From: Heteronotia binoei
Taxonomy: Eukaryota
DNA: 64,000 nt
Reading direction: 5' to 3'
Assembly: GCF_032191835.1 (NCBI RefSeq)
Contig: NC_083237.1
Coordinates: 24,552,001-24,616,000, forward strand
The position numbers were made by a program, and so were the translations under genes. Positions 43,701 through 55,700 of this stretch are shown in pieces. The number at the start of each line of letters is the position of its first letter. The stretch's first letter is position 1. The notes beneath the pieces were generated by a model. The model was not told where the DNA came from. It worked only from the letters and a program-made list of their open reading frames with translations, and ran no database searches.

Positions 43701-46700
43701 ACGAGCAGTGCGTGGATCCAGCACGTAGATTCGATTCCCGTATCCGCACCACAGCCGATCCAGGACAGGGATGGCACAACGAATGGAGCGCCGTGGCCTT
43801 CCCAAATCAACCAGGCGTGGAGAACGCAGGTCCCACTTCCGGGCTGAGGGAAAACAGGATTAGATGGAGGACCTGCAGCATGGAAGGCAGGAGGGGGAAG
43901 AATCAGAGGAGCAAAATTTACCTGGATTCCGATGGAAAATGGCTACAGATCCATCCCCTAGTGTAGCTGCGACACGACCCTGGAAGTGGCTGAAATGGAA
44001 ATGATCAAGATAGATAAGGTTCGTATGGCACCACTGAACAGCTTGTGCAAGGGATACACAGTGGGGGCCCTCCCAGGCCTTTCAAGAAAGTAGTGGAGGG
44101 TCACAGACTCACACGATACAGTGAATTGCATCCTTTAGCTGGGCTTTTCCCTGACAGCGCCGCCAGTCTCTCTCAGCACAGTGAACACAGATGCTACAAG
44201 AAAAGAGAAAAGGCAGCCAATTAAACCTTCCTGGCTTAACCCCTGAACACCGCACATCTTTGCTGTTTTCAGTGGCAACCATAATTTCAATAGTTTCCGC
44301 AAGTTTCCTAGCATGCTGGGCATGCTGAGTCTAAATAAATATGGCGGTATCCCTGGATACCTCCATGTGGTGGGTTAGCGTACTGACTGCAGGCTGTCAG
44401 GCGCGAAAGAGAAAGGTACAATGAGGTGTCGGTGGGTGAAGATGGGAAGATGCAGCAGCTGGCTGGAGAACTGCAGTGTGTCTGACGGTCTCCACTGAGA
44501 AATGGGCTTCCAGAGCAAAGCCTTCCCCCATGTCACTTCTTCCCCTGCAACCCTTGCCAATTACCATCCCTCCTGAGTTCCCAGCCACACGGTGGGTTCC
44601 GTGCCAGCCGCCTCAATTTCCAGTGTTTCATCGTCACTGTCAGATCCAGGTGCCAGGGGGTCTTCGAGGATCTCTGGCTCCAGCTCAGGGCTCTCCCTGC
44701 CAGGCACTGTAAGGCCTATGGCGACAAGAAGAAACAGCAACAAATTCCAGTCACACCCCCCATCCAGAAATCCCAGAAGGCCCCAAATGGTACCGCTCCA
44801 ATCCAAACTGTATCATGAGCAAGTGATTCTCAACCCCCCCCAACCCACTTTCCAGCCATTGTAGGGGTTTTTTTTAAAGAAGCTTAAAAACAGAAATTGT
44901 GTGTAACAGATATTTATTTCAGTACTAAAATTCATTAGTATTTTGGTACTTAATAGTTCAGAAAACATTTTCTGCAAGTGCTCAAAGCGCTTCACATTTG
45001 AGATCTCATAATGATAACCATAAAATGGGGGAGCGCTATGCAGTTAAACATTTCAGTGAACTACATTTTCAAATACTTACAGTCAGTTGTAGACATTTAT
45101 AGACCAAAGCTATTAGCAATAAATATAAGGACAAATGGATGCAAGTGCATTACAGTCATTGCAGCAGCTACAGACAGGTGCTAAAACCCCACCTGCTAGT
45201 CAGTGGTTCTGGAACACCCACCTCTAGACACCCCGTGGAGAATGGGAGTCTAGAGATGAGGCAGAGACTGAGCGAGGGTGTGCCTGGCCTGAGGCAGAGG
45301 CAAGGATTTGAACTCCCAGTTTTCTGCCACCAGATTGTGCAACAATAAAACCACAAACAGGCAACCACACATTATTAATGTTCACAATTCTGGCACACAA
45401 TGCAGCAATGGCCATTGATTTAGATAACTCAGACCAGGGGTATCAAACTCATTTGTTATGATGGCCGGATTTGACATAAATGAGACCTTGTCAGGCTGGG
45501 CCATGTGTGTTGTAAAATGTAATGCCAGGTAGCAAAGATAGAAACTTTATTAAGGACACAGGCAAACACAAAGATTTTTTTAAAACTTAAAACATGCTTG
45601 AAACATTTAGCACTCTTGCAATATTTTGTTTATTTAACAGTCTCTGATAACTGACACCTCTTTTTTTGAAATATTGCATAAAAACTGGGAGACAATGCCT
45701 ATGTTGTAACAATCTTGAGAGTGCTGTTCAGGTTTTATCTGTGAGTTGCAAAGTTACTTTTTATTTATTGACATTACAGAAACCTCATGGTCAATGCTCT
45801 GAGCCATTACCAGGAGGGAAACAGGAAATGGCTGGACATTGTGAGCCTTTGTACACAAGTTACTTCATGTGCTGGTCAAGAACATGTGAAGATACCATGA
45901 CACAGACTGAGAGCTATGTGTTTGTCTACCAAAATATAGTCTTCCTCAGAGAAATAACTACAACTTCTATGTGACGGTGCAAGAAGAGACAGCAAAGTAT
46001 GGTGGTCAGTATCAGCCTACTATCTAGGAAGTCTAAGTTCAGATTCCTCAATCTACAAAGGAATTGTGCTGGGTGAACTTTAGACACTCAGCCTAATCCA
46101 CCTAACTGGCTTGTTATTTCTCATCTAAATAGTTCACATTGCTTTCCTACTGAGAAAGACTAGATCGTGAAGGATATTTGTCTCTCTCCTTCTCCGAAAA
46201 GCTCATCCCTTAAATAAAACTTTGTTGATCCTAAAGGAACATTGTATCTCTCCCATGTGACTGAAAGAACTGGGCAAAGTAAGCTCTCTTCCCCTCCCTT
46301 ACCCTGTTCCTCCTCAGGGGATGGGGTGGGGGGGAGCCTCAGCAATGGAGAGCCTTGGCTCAGTAGCTCTGCTTTGTGATTGAGAAACCCTGGCAAAACA
46401 AGCTCTTGCTCTTTCCCTCCCTCCATAAGAAAGGAGCCTCAGCCAATGGAGAGAAGAGAACCTTTGCTCTGTAGCTCCTGTGCTTGATAGAGTTTGGCAA
46501 AGCAAGCTGCAATGAAGAAGGAAGCAAAAGAGGTAGAAGGAAGCAGACAGCAGCCAGTTGCTTGCAGGATGAATAGGCGCCCTATGGGGGCCGAGTGCTG
46601 CCCACAGGCTGCATGTTTGACTTAGACAAATTGAAAGATGAGGAGCGGTCTATTAATGCCAATTACATGTGACAGTTAAATGGAACAGCCATGGCTCAGT

Positions 46701-49700
46701 GGTAAGAGTATCTGCTTGGAGTACAGAATGTCTCAGGTTCAATCCCTGGAATCTCCAGTTAAAAGCACCTGGTGGTAAGTGTTGTGAAAGAATTGTGCCT
46801 TAGAACCTGGAGAGCCGCTGCCAGTACTGACCTTGATAAAGGTGTGATATTTATATTGAGCCCTGTGGTGCAGAGTGGTAAAGCTGCAGTACTGCAGTCA
46901 AACACTCTGCTCACAACCTGAGTTCAATCCTGGCGGAAGCTGGGTCAGGTAGCCAGCTCCAGGTTGACTCAGCCTTCCATCCTTCCAAGGTCGGTAAAAT
47001 GAGTAGCCAGCTTGCTGAAGGGAAAGTGTAGATGACTGGGGAAGGCAATGGCAAACCACCTCATAAAAAAAAAGTCTGCTGTGAAAACGTGAAAGCAGTG
47101 TCGCTCCAGAGTTGGAAACGACTGGTGCTTGCACAGGGGACTACCTTTACCTTTATTTATACTGATTGAAAAACCAGTGGTCTTAACTCGATATAAGGCA
47201 GCTTCATGGAACCTCCATGTTCACTGGCAGTGTATTTCTAGCACCAGTGTTGGCCAAGTTGGGAGGGGGGATAGAAGACAACCATGAGCTATTGCTTTCA
47301 TGTTCTGCTTGGGGGTTTCTCCAGAGGCATCTGGTTGGCCATTGTAGGAACAGAATGCTGAAGCAGATGGACCTTTGGTCCAACCCAGCAGGGATTTTCC
47401 TTCACAATAGAGATATTCAGTGTACAGACAACCCACACAATTGTTTATGGTACCATTTGTGCAAATCTACAGTATTTTATCTGAACAGCTGTATTTATTA
47501 AAAAAAGAATGAAGTATTTGTCAATTATCTATAAAACATGAAGACACTTAGAAATCTTTTCCCACCTACCCTCTGAGAACTACACAATCTCACCCCCTCC
47601 CTCAGTTCCTGATTCGCACATGCCCTTCCTTTCTTCCTCCCAGAGTTCCGCTCCCTCACACTTACCAGGTACGCATGCAAGAGAGAGGATGTGAATTCCA
47701 GGTAACACAAAGTGTTCCAGTAGCTGGTTTGGGTTCTGAGCATCCAAAAGCATCACTTCGCTTGCTGAGTGGGTCCCTGAGGCCACCCACAGCCGAGAGT
47801 TGCCTCCAAGGCATTGATCAGGCATACCCTATGGGAAGTGGGGAGAAGAAAGAGAGGCATCAGCAAGACACTGAGCCTCCCCACCCACCCACACTTGTTT
47901 TCAGGATCCCATTACCACTCACATTTATCCTTTCTAAATGGCCTGGCAGCAGCCAGAATAAGCCCAACTGTAGCCACAGTCAATACTCCCTCTAAGCTGA
48001 GGAGTCTTGTGAGCAAAAATTCTACTTCATGAGCTACTGGCATTAAAGTTGTGAGCTACTGCTTAAATTAGTTGGCTCTGGGGCCATTTTTCCTGAGCTG
48101 AGACAAAAATGTGTGAGCCGGAAGCTACAAAACTGAGCTAGCTCACACTCAGCTTAGAGGGAACACTGGCCACAATACAAGATAAAATTGTAGAACTTAA
48201 ACAAAAGAAATCTAATGCATACATTGAATGATTTTATCTGTTCTTAAGTTATCCTGTAATAAATACAGGTATTTTTGATAGTTTTATGTTGTTTTACAAT
48301 TATTGTTTTTAGGAATTGGCCATGAGATTTCTATTTATTTAACCTTCCAGGTTCTTAATGCAACTGTTTGGGTTCAATTTTACTTCTCCTCCTTTCTCTT
48401 CTTTCAGCAGCCGGAATAGCCCTGACCAGCCAGGTCTTGGAAGCTAAGCAGGGCTGGTCATGGTCTGTTCTTGAATGGGAGACCAGGACTGCTATGCAGA
48501 GGCAGGCAATGGCACACCCCTTCTGATCCTCTCTTGCTTGGAAAACCCCATGAGGGGCTGCCACATTTCGGCTGTGACTTGACAGCTCAGTGCTTAATAT
48601 TATTATTTATAAATAGCTTGGCAAAGAAAGTTCTGCAAACTAAAAAAGACTTTGGTCTTTCAGAACAGAGAGGACCTGCTGAGTGTTCTGCTCAAGAGAC
48701 CCTCAAACAGCAACTGCTGCTGGTTTCTCAAAGTACTTACAGTCTCTGGTGTCCCTTGAGGTTCCAGCCCGACAGATGCTGCAGCGCACCACAGCTGCAG
48801 TGGGAGAGATACAAGCGTTACCTGGCGATCATTACTGAGAGGAACAGCACAGGAATTGCAGCCTCCTGGGCTCACCTGGAGCCAGAAGACTTTGCGACAA
48901 TAAATTCCTGGATTTTGTACAAGCGTGCACAAGTGTGGCATGAGGGAACAGCCAGCATGTCATAAGAAATTAAACATTTCTGGGAGCCTGACACATATAC
49001 ATATCTGCATAGATGGTGCCCAGTTTGTCTCTGGGTGATTTACTGCTCAGGTGTCTCCTTTCAGTCAGCTTTCATTGAGCCTGGAAAGCCCAGTTCTTTT
49101 TAAAGCTGCTTTCTCACCTTGGTACTAGGGTCCTTCTGATCCAGCATCCGTAACTGCACAAGCACAGGCACGTCAGCAGCGCATGAAGGTGGATCGTGGC
49201 CCTGAAGTGGAATAAACAGCTATGTTTTTCACACATGGAAACTCCCCTAGCAGAGTTATATGTTCCTAACCAAGGATGGATCCATTTCCTCGGATAAAGG
49301 AAAATGCTGAATGTTTCAAATTACTGTACTATTGGGCATCTCACAGGGTATGTTCACATATTATATGGACATCATATTTCCATGAGGAAAAGCTGCCTGT
49401 ACAAAGACAAGACCTATGAGTGTACACAGAGCTGCAAGCCAGCAGTTTTATTACACAGATCTATTGTCAGTGCTGAATATAATCAGTCCACAAGACAGAG
49501 ACCCTCTGCATATGAGACCTACAGATGCCTGAGATACAGGTGAGTGCAGAACATTCACCTGAAGTGCAGGTGGCTGGCTCCACCCATGGATCTGCGCCCG
49601 ACCATGCTCCTGCCAGATGTGTGAGTGAATATCACGGTACAGCTCACGCCGCTTCTGTTGCGGGGAAGAGTCGCCCCTGCAGATACAAATGACAGACAAT

Positions 49701-52700
49701 AGTGGGCAGCAGAGAGACTCCAGCCACCACACTATATATGGCTCCACTGCCCTCAGCGGTATTAACCTAAGTGCAGCATCTCAGCCATGCAAGGGTCATT
49801 CAAGGACAAAATAAGATGGACAAAGCTTGGAAGGCCACAGTTCTTTATCCTCATGGCACCTTCTGCTTTTGCTGGCAGGTCTAAATAAAGTCTGCCGTGA
49901 AAACGTGAAAGCAACGTCACCCCAGAGCTGGAAACGACTGGTGCTTGTACAGGGGACTACCTTTACCCTTTTTATACGAAGAATCCAAAATCTGAACCTG
50001 GGAAAGTAGAAATTCTACCAACAGTATATATTGTGCAGATTAAGAAGGAGGTGCTTTATCCTGCATTTTTTGAGTGTCAGTAGATTTGCACATATGCACT
50101 GTTCCAGAGAAGACAGAACCATGAAGTCCATGTGACTATTTGCCCCACCCCCAGAAGGAGCCACAGAACTTACTCAGTGGGCGAGGTTGCTCGTGGGATG
50201 TACCTCAAAGCTGGAGACACCTGCCCCCCATTTCGTCCCAATTCATTATAGATGCTGGGGCTAGATCGGGCCCGCCCTCCCAGCTGGGGGGATGCAGGCA
50301 TTTTCTCTGGAGAGTCTGAGGGACTAAATAAGCGATCAAAGCTGCAAGAGGAAATCCAGTATGGTTACTTAAAAACTGGATGGGGAAGGGAATGTCATCA
50401 AAAGTCAATTCTAAAAATAAAGCCAGATACAATGTGAAGGGAAGCACCATTTCTACATCATGAGGGTTAACAGTGAAAGAGCTTTCTGGCTATTCATAAT
50501 CAAAGAGGGATGGAAGTGGAGTCAAGTCACAGCTGACTTATGGTAGACCTTGTAGGGTTTTCAAGGCAAGAGATGCACAGAGGTGGTTGGCCATTGGATG
50601 CCTCTGTATAGCAACCTTGCCCTTCCTATGTTGTCTCCCATCCAAGATACTAGCCAGGGCCAACCCTGCATAGGTTTCTAGATCTAGTGAGATCAAGCTA
50701 TCCTGGACCATCCATGTCAGGGCATATCTAGAACATAAATTGTACGGTAAACTTAAAAGTCTGCCATGAAAATGATGTGATGCGACATCATCCCAGAGTT
50801 GAAAAACTACTGGTGCTTGCACAGGGGACTACCTTTACCTTTTTAAACTTAAAGACAACACTTACATTTTCCAGAAAGATGATTTTTTCATCTGAACTGC
50901 CTGTTCTTCCCGCGAAGCCCTGCAAAGAGAGAAATCGTCCTTCAGCAGCTGCCCTGGCACAGCACAGAGACTTGAAGTATCTTTTCTTCATGGTTTTAAG
51001 AAGCAGCAGCAATTGGATTTGTACTTCACTCAGAGTGGCTTACAGTCTCCTTCCCTTCCTCTCCCCACAACAAAGGAAACTAGTCCTCAAACTGAGACAC
51101 TTCAGAGAGAGAGGGATGCCATTGCAGCAGATTCACTGATGCCCTCTCTTTCAGCCTCTTGCATGCAGAGCTGGTACAGTCCAGCAGTCCTACACATGGG
51201 CATTGCGCCAAGGGTGAATTCTCACCTCAGCCACAAACTCACCAGGGAAGTTTAGGAAGTTCTCTCTCCCCGTCTCCCACCATACACATTTGACCAAGTG
51301 TCTTGTTCCTTCTGTGAGCCTGAGAGGGGAAAAGCTCCACTATGCCTGGTAGCAAAGGCTGGCCTTCCAGATGGCAAGGTGGTGCCATGACACCAGGGGC
51401 CTGATGGTAAGGACAAGGACAGAGCCCATAGGAGCTCCCTTTTTCCTTTTACGCCCTTCCTGCCAATCGAGCACTGTGCCCATCAACCTCAACACGTCTG
51501 ACCTGAGGAGCTCAGTGCGTCTAACAGCTTCTTGCAACTCCATCAGCCTTTCCTTGTAGAGGTTGCGTTCCATCACCACACGCGCCATCTCAGCCCGGGT
51601 GAACCGCTGAGGCCTGGATGGGCCCCCTTCAGCCTGTAGAGGAAAAAAAAGGATCCTTTCTCAACACACAACCTGCTCACAAGAAGATTGGGGTTCTTCC
51701 TCCCATTTTCGTCTTGCCTTGACCCTCAAAGCCATGCCCAGACAACTGGTCTTCCACAGAACCCAACAGCCCACCAAACTCTCCAAACACCAGCAGAAAG
51801 TACTCCTCCAGTTACCTCCCCATCATCACTTGGACGCTTTGTTTCCTCCAACTCCTGTCGGATCCTGGAATGAGAAAGGTAATGCAAGTAGCTGAAATAT
51901 GAGCTCACATTATTACTATAAAAAAAGTTGTTGGAAAAATCACTGAAGGTTGATGACCCAGGAAGAGAGAATGTTGTCTTTCCATGTTAAGTACACATGG
52001 CAGGCCTTTTCAAATAATTTAAGTAGAGAACACCAACATCATATGATTGCCATTTGGCACACACTGGAAATTGTTGACTCACAGTCTAAACAATAGATCA
52101 GAAACAGCCATGACAAACCAGAACTTGAAAAGCATTCTGGGGGTTCTTAAACACATCCCTAACGCATTCTGAACAAGTATTTTTCGGTATTTTTATTCAG
52201 AAGAATACGCTAATGTAGAAAGACCAACATTAGTTATTTTGAACATTTATATGCCACCTCTTCAAAGGTCTGCTCAAGGCAGCTCGCTCATCAATGCAAA
52301 AGTTCAAATAATAAAATCATTCAAAATAAGAATCTGTACATTCCAAAAGCGTAAAAGCCCGTAAATTGCATGAAGGATTAGCAAGATTTCGGCAGAAGTA
52401 TCCAAACCCACAGTCTCTCTCTCTTTTGAACTTCAGCTGACTCTCCCAAAGAACAGCACCTAAAACTGTCCTGTGCTGAACCAGACCCTGGGTCCCTTCA
52501 AGGTCCATCTTGTCAACTCAGACTGGCAGCGGCTCTCCAGGGTCTCAGGCAGAGGTCTATTCACATCACTTCCAGCCTGGTCCCTTTAAACTGGAGTTGC
52601 CTTTGATGGAACCCGGGACTTTCTGCGTGCAAAGCTGAGGCTCCACCACTGAGCCACTGCCCTGCCCCAACTAAGATGCGCTAGCGGCTCTACACCTGCA

Positions 52701-55700
52701 GCAAAATTAGTTGGAAGAGCTCAAAGGTCATAGACTGGACTGCACCACTTCAGGCTGCCAGAGGAGGGAGTGGAAATAATATTTTTGAACGATCTATGAA
52801 AAAAATTTCCCTAGAAAACTAGCACAAGAAGGAGGAACCTGGGCTGCAAACTTTCTCCTTGGTGGGTTGGCTTTTTTTATTTGTGTGAAGCTTTCACACT
52901 AAGAACCATTCCAAGGCGGCAATACCCACCTGTAGTCTGTAGTAGTACAGTCCACTCAGTCCTATAAAGATTCTCTCAGCTCCTGTTGCAGGTGTAGACC
53001 GGGCCTTACTCCAAAGATACCTGTCATCCAACAGACCCTAGTGTGCCATACATGTCTCTGACACCTTAAGAACATTATCTGTAGGTACCACCTTTATCTG
53101 CAGGGGAAAGTGCCCAGGTCCCTCTCAAACTTCAGAGAGATCATTCAATGATCCAGTTTGCACATTGCTTTACCCAGCCACCTTCTAGCATGGGACCAGT
53201 TCTTCCTGTTTCACTGGCAGGATGACTAAAAAGCTAGGACTCAAACAAGCCTGCAATACTAAGTCCACTGGGAGCCAAAGTCCAACTCCTTGCCTCCTGG
53301 ACAACATTGGCTCTGGTAAAGCAAGACGCCAGAGGCAAATCCTGACAGGCACTTTGCGGCAGGGGGAGTGGTTCCCAGGTCATACCGATTCAGCTCCAGC
53401 TCAGCCTCCTTCAGCTGTGCTTGGCAGCGGCTCAGGGTGCCAGCCACTGCATCACGCTCCAACCTCAGTGACTCGCGCTCCTCACCAAGCTCCTCCACGC
53501 GGGCAATCAGATGGCGGCGGGCAGTATCCAGAGTGATCCTGGAGACAGGAGGGCAAGAGATACAGCTTTAATCTGGGGCCTTCCATGAAGAGATTTTCAG
53601 GATGGTAGCCATAGTAGAAGAACAAGATTTGAGTCCAGTAGAGACCAACAGATTTTGGGGATTTAAGCTTTCATCAGACAGGTATACTACAAAAATCTTG
53701 TTGGTCTATAAAGCACAGGGCTATATCTAGGGAGAAGCAGAGGCCCCTTGCCCCAGGCATCGCCAGAGGGGGCACCAAATTGGGTATGGAGTCCATTCTA
53801 TTCTATGGGCCCATAAAATAGAATAAGCCCATAAGGGGGCATCATTTTTTAATTTTGCACCCCCCCTCCCTCAAAAACCATGTAGATCTGGTCCTGATAA
53901 AGCATTATGTAGCATATATACAAATGAGGCAGGTCTGGGTTAAGGTTCATCTAGTAATCTGCCAAGAAAAGCAGAATACAGAGAAAGAATCAAGAGGTGG
54001 TTGAGTGGACTTCAGGCAGCAGGCAGGATATACCATTTTTTTATCCCCCCCCCCCCAAAAAAAAAAGATTTAAAAAGTCTCTACAAGTAAAAGAAACAAC
54101 TAGTTCATCAGTGGAAAAAAGGCCCAGTTCAGCCCACTCCCAGCTGCATCGATTTTCTTCTTGCAGCTTGCATTTTATTCAGTGGAATTAAAATGTGCAC
54201 TCCCCTGCAATCTGGTGGTACATCTCGTTCCCGCATATACAGGCCAGGCCTTGGTTGAGGTCATAAGCAAACCTTTCCCTCCCAGGAACCCAAATTTCCT
54301 TCACTTTAGGGTGGGATAAAGAGGGTCCTCCTCCTCACCGTGCCTCTTGTAGTTGCATGTTTTCCGTCATTAGGGTTTCTAAGACATCTCCTGCAATGAT
54401 TGTAAAAACATGGATATTACTGAAGTGTGCTGTAGGTTCAAACACTAATTCCTCACAGGGGCTCTGGGAGCCCAGGTGTTCCAGGAGTAGCACCAGTTGG
54501 TTCATAACATAAGCTGAGTTCTCTGGAAGAGGGGGAATTGGGAGGTCCAGCAGAAAGGACAAAGCAGATACGCTTACCCTGCAGATCAGCACCGTCGTCC
54601 ATATCGCTGAGAATTTCTGGGCTGAGGCCCGAGACCTCGGCGAAAAGTGAGACCGTGTTGCGCTCGAGGGTGGTACTCAGGGGGCTGAGAGACAGACAGA
54701 CAGACAAATAGACAGAGTACCCACCCACCTTCATCCTGGGAACACACACCCACAGGTGACACCACAGTAGACAGAAACCAGTGTGAACATGAACTGGGTC
54801 TGTGAGGAAGGTGGGGGGCATTAAGGTGTCCTTCACAAAAAACATCACCTTTCTGGCACTCTCCTCCCTCCTGTGACTACAGTGCTTTCAAAACAACAGC
54901 AGCAGAAAGGTATGAGGGAAGAAAAGTTTCCTGTCTGGCCATCAGACTCATTGGTTGTTTCCTCCAACACAGGAAATATGACAGCTAAAAGGCAAATGTG
55001 GCTCAAGTGCAAACACTAACAAGGTAAAGGGAAAAGTGGGGGCGGGGGGTGAAGGGAGCAGCACAGCCACACTGAGGATGAAGGGGCAGGGAGGAAGAGC
55101 CTAGCAGTTGCCTTCCACCAGTGGAGGCCAGCACAGTCTGTGTTTGGGCACTGGCCAAACAGGATTACCCTATCCATGTGCTTTCTGCTTAGACCAGGAA
55201 GTTTAGGAAGCAGACACGTCCCTTTTACCTGCTTGGTGGCTGTGGGGCAGGTGCCAGTTCTGGAGTAGAGCTGAGAAGTTCGTCCAGGTCAAAGCGCTCC
55301 TCTTGGGCAGGAGAAGCTGAAGGAAAACAAAAGGGAGTGCCAGTGTTATTTTTATATTTAGCCCATCTATAATAGCAGCATAACATATTTATATGGTGCC
55401 ATCAACAGGCTTTGAAAGCCAAACCAGATGCGGAGGGGATGACAAGTCCCTGCCCCCAAAGGAGTTTCTTATCTGCATTTTGACAGAGGAGACAACAAAG
55501 GAAAACAGAGTGGGGTGGGGGGAGACATACTGGATAGATTTATTAAATGAGTGAAACATCATCCAGAACAATAACATTCCGAAGCCAGCACTGCATTGAC
55601 TTACTAGGGTCTCAATCCAAATTTACTTGGGAGTAGGTCCTACTGAGCCCTGACCTGGATAGCTCTGGCTAGTCCAATCTCAGAAGCTAGGCAGGGCCAG

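Noticed and set aside
53625-53712. Hammerhead-like CTGATGA cores (also about 62378 and 60860)
   Set aside because: Stem II or the GAAA core is deleted or mutated; cannot be called functional ribozymes.
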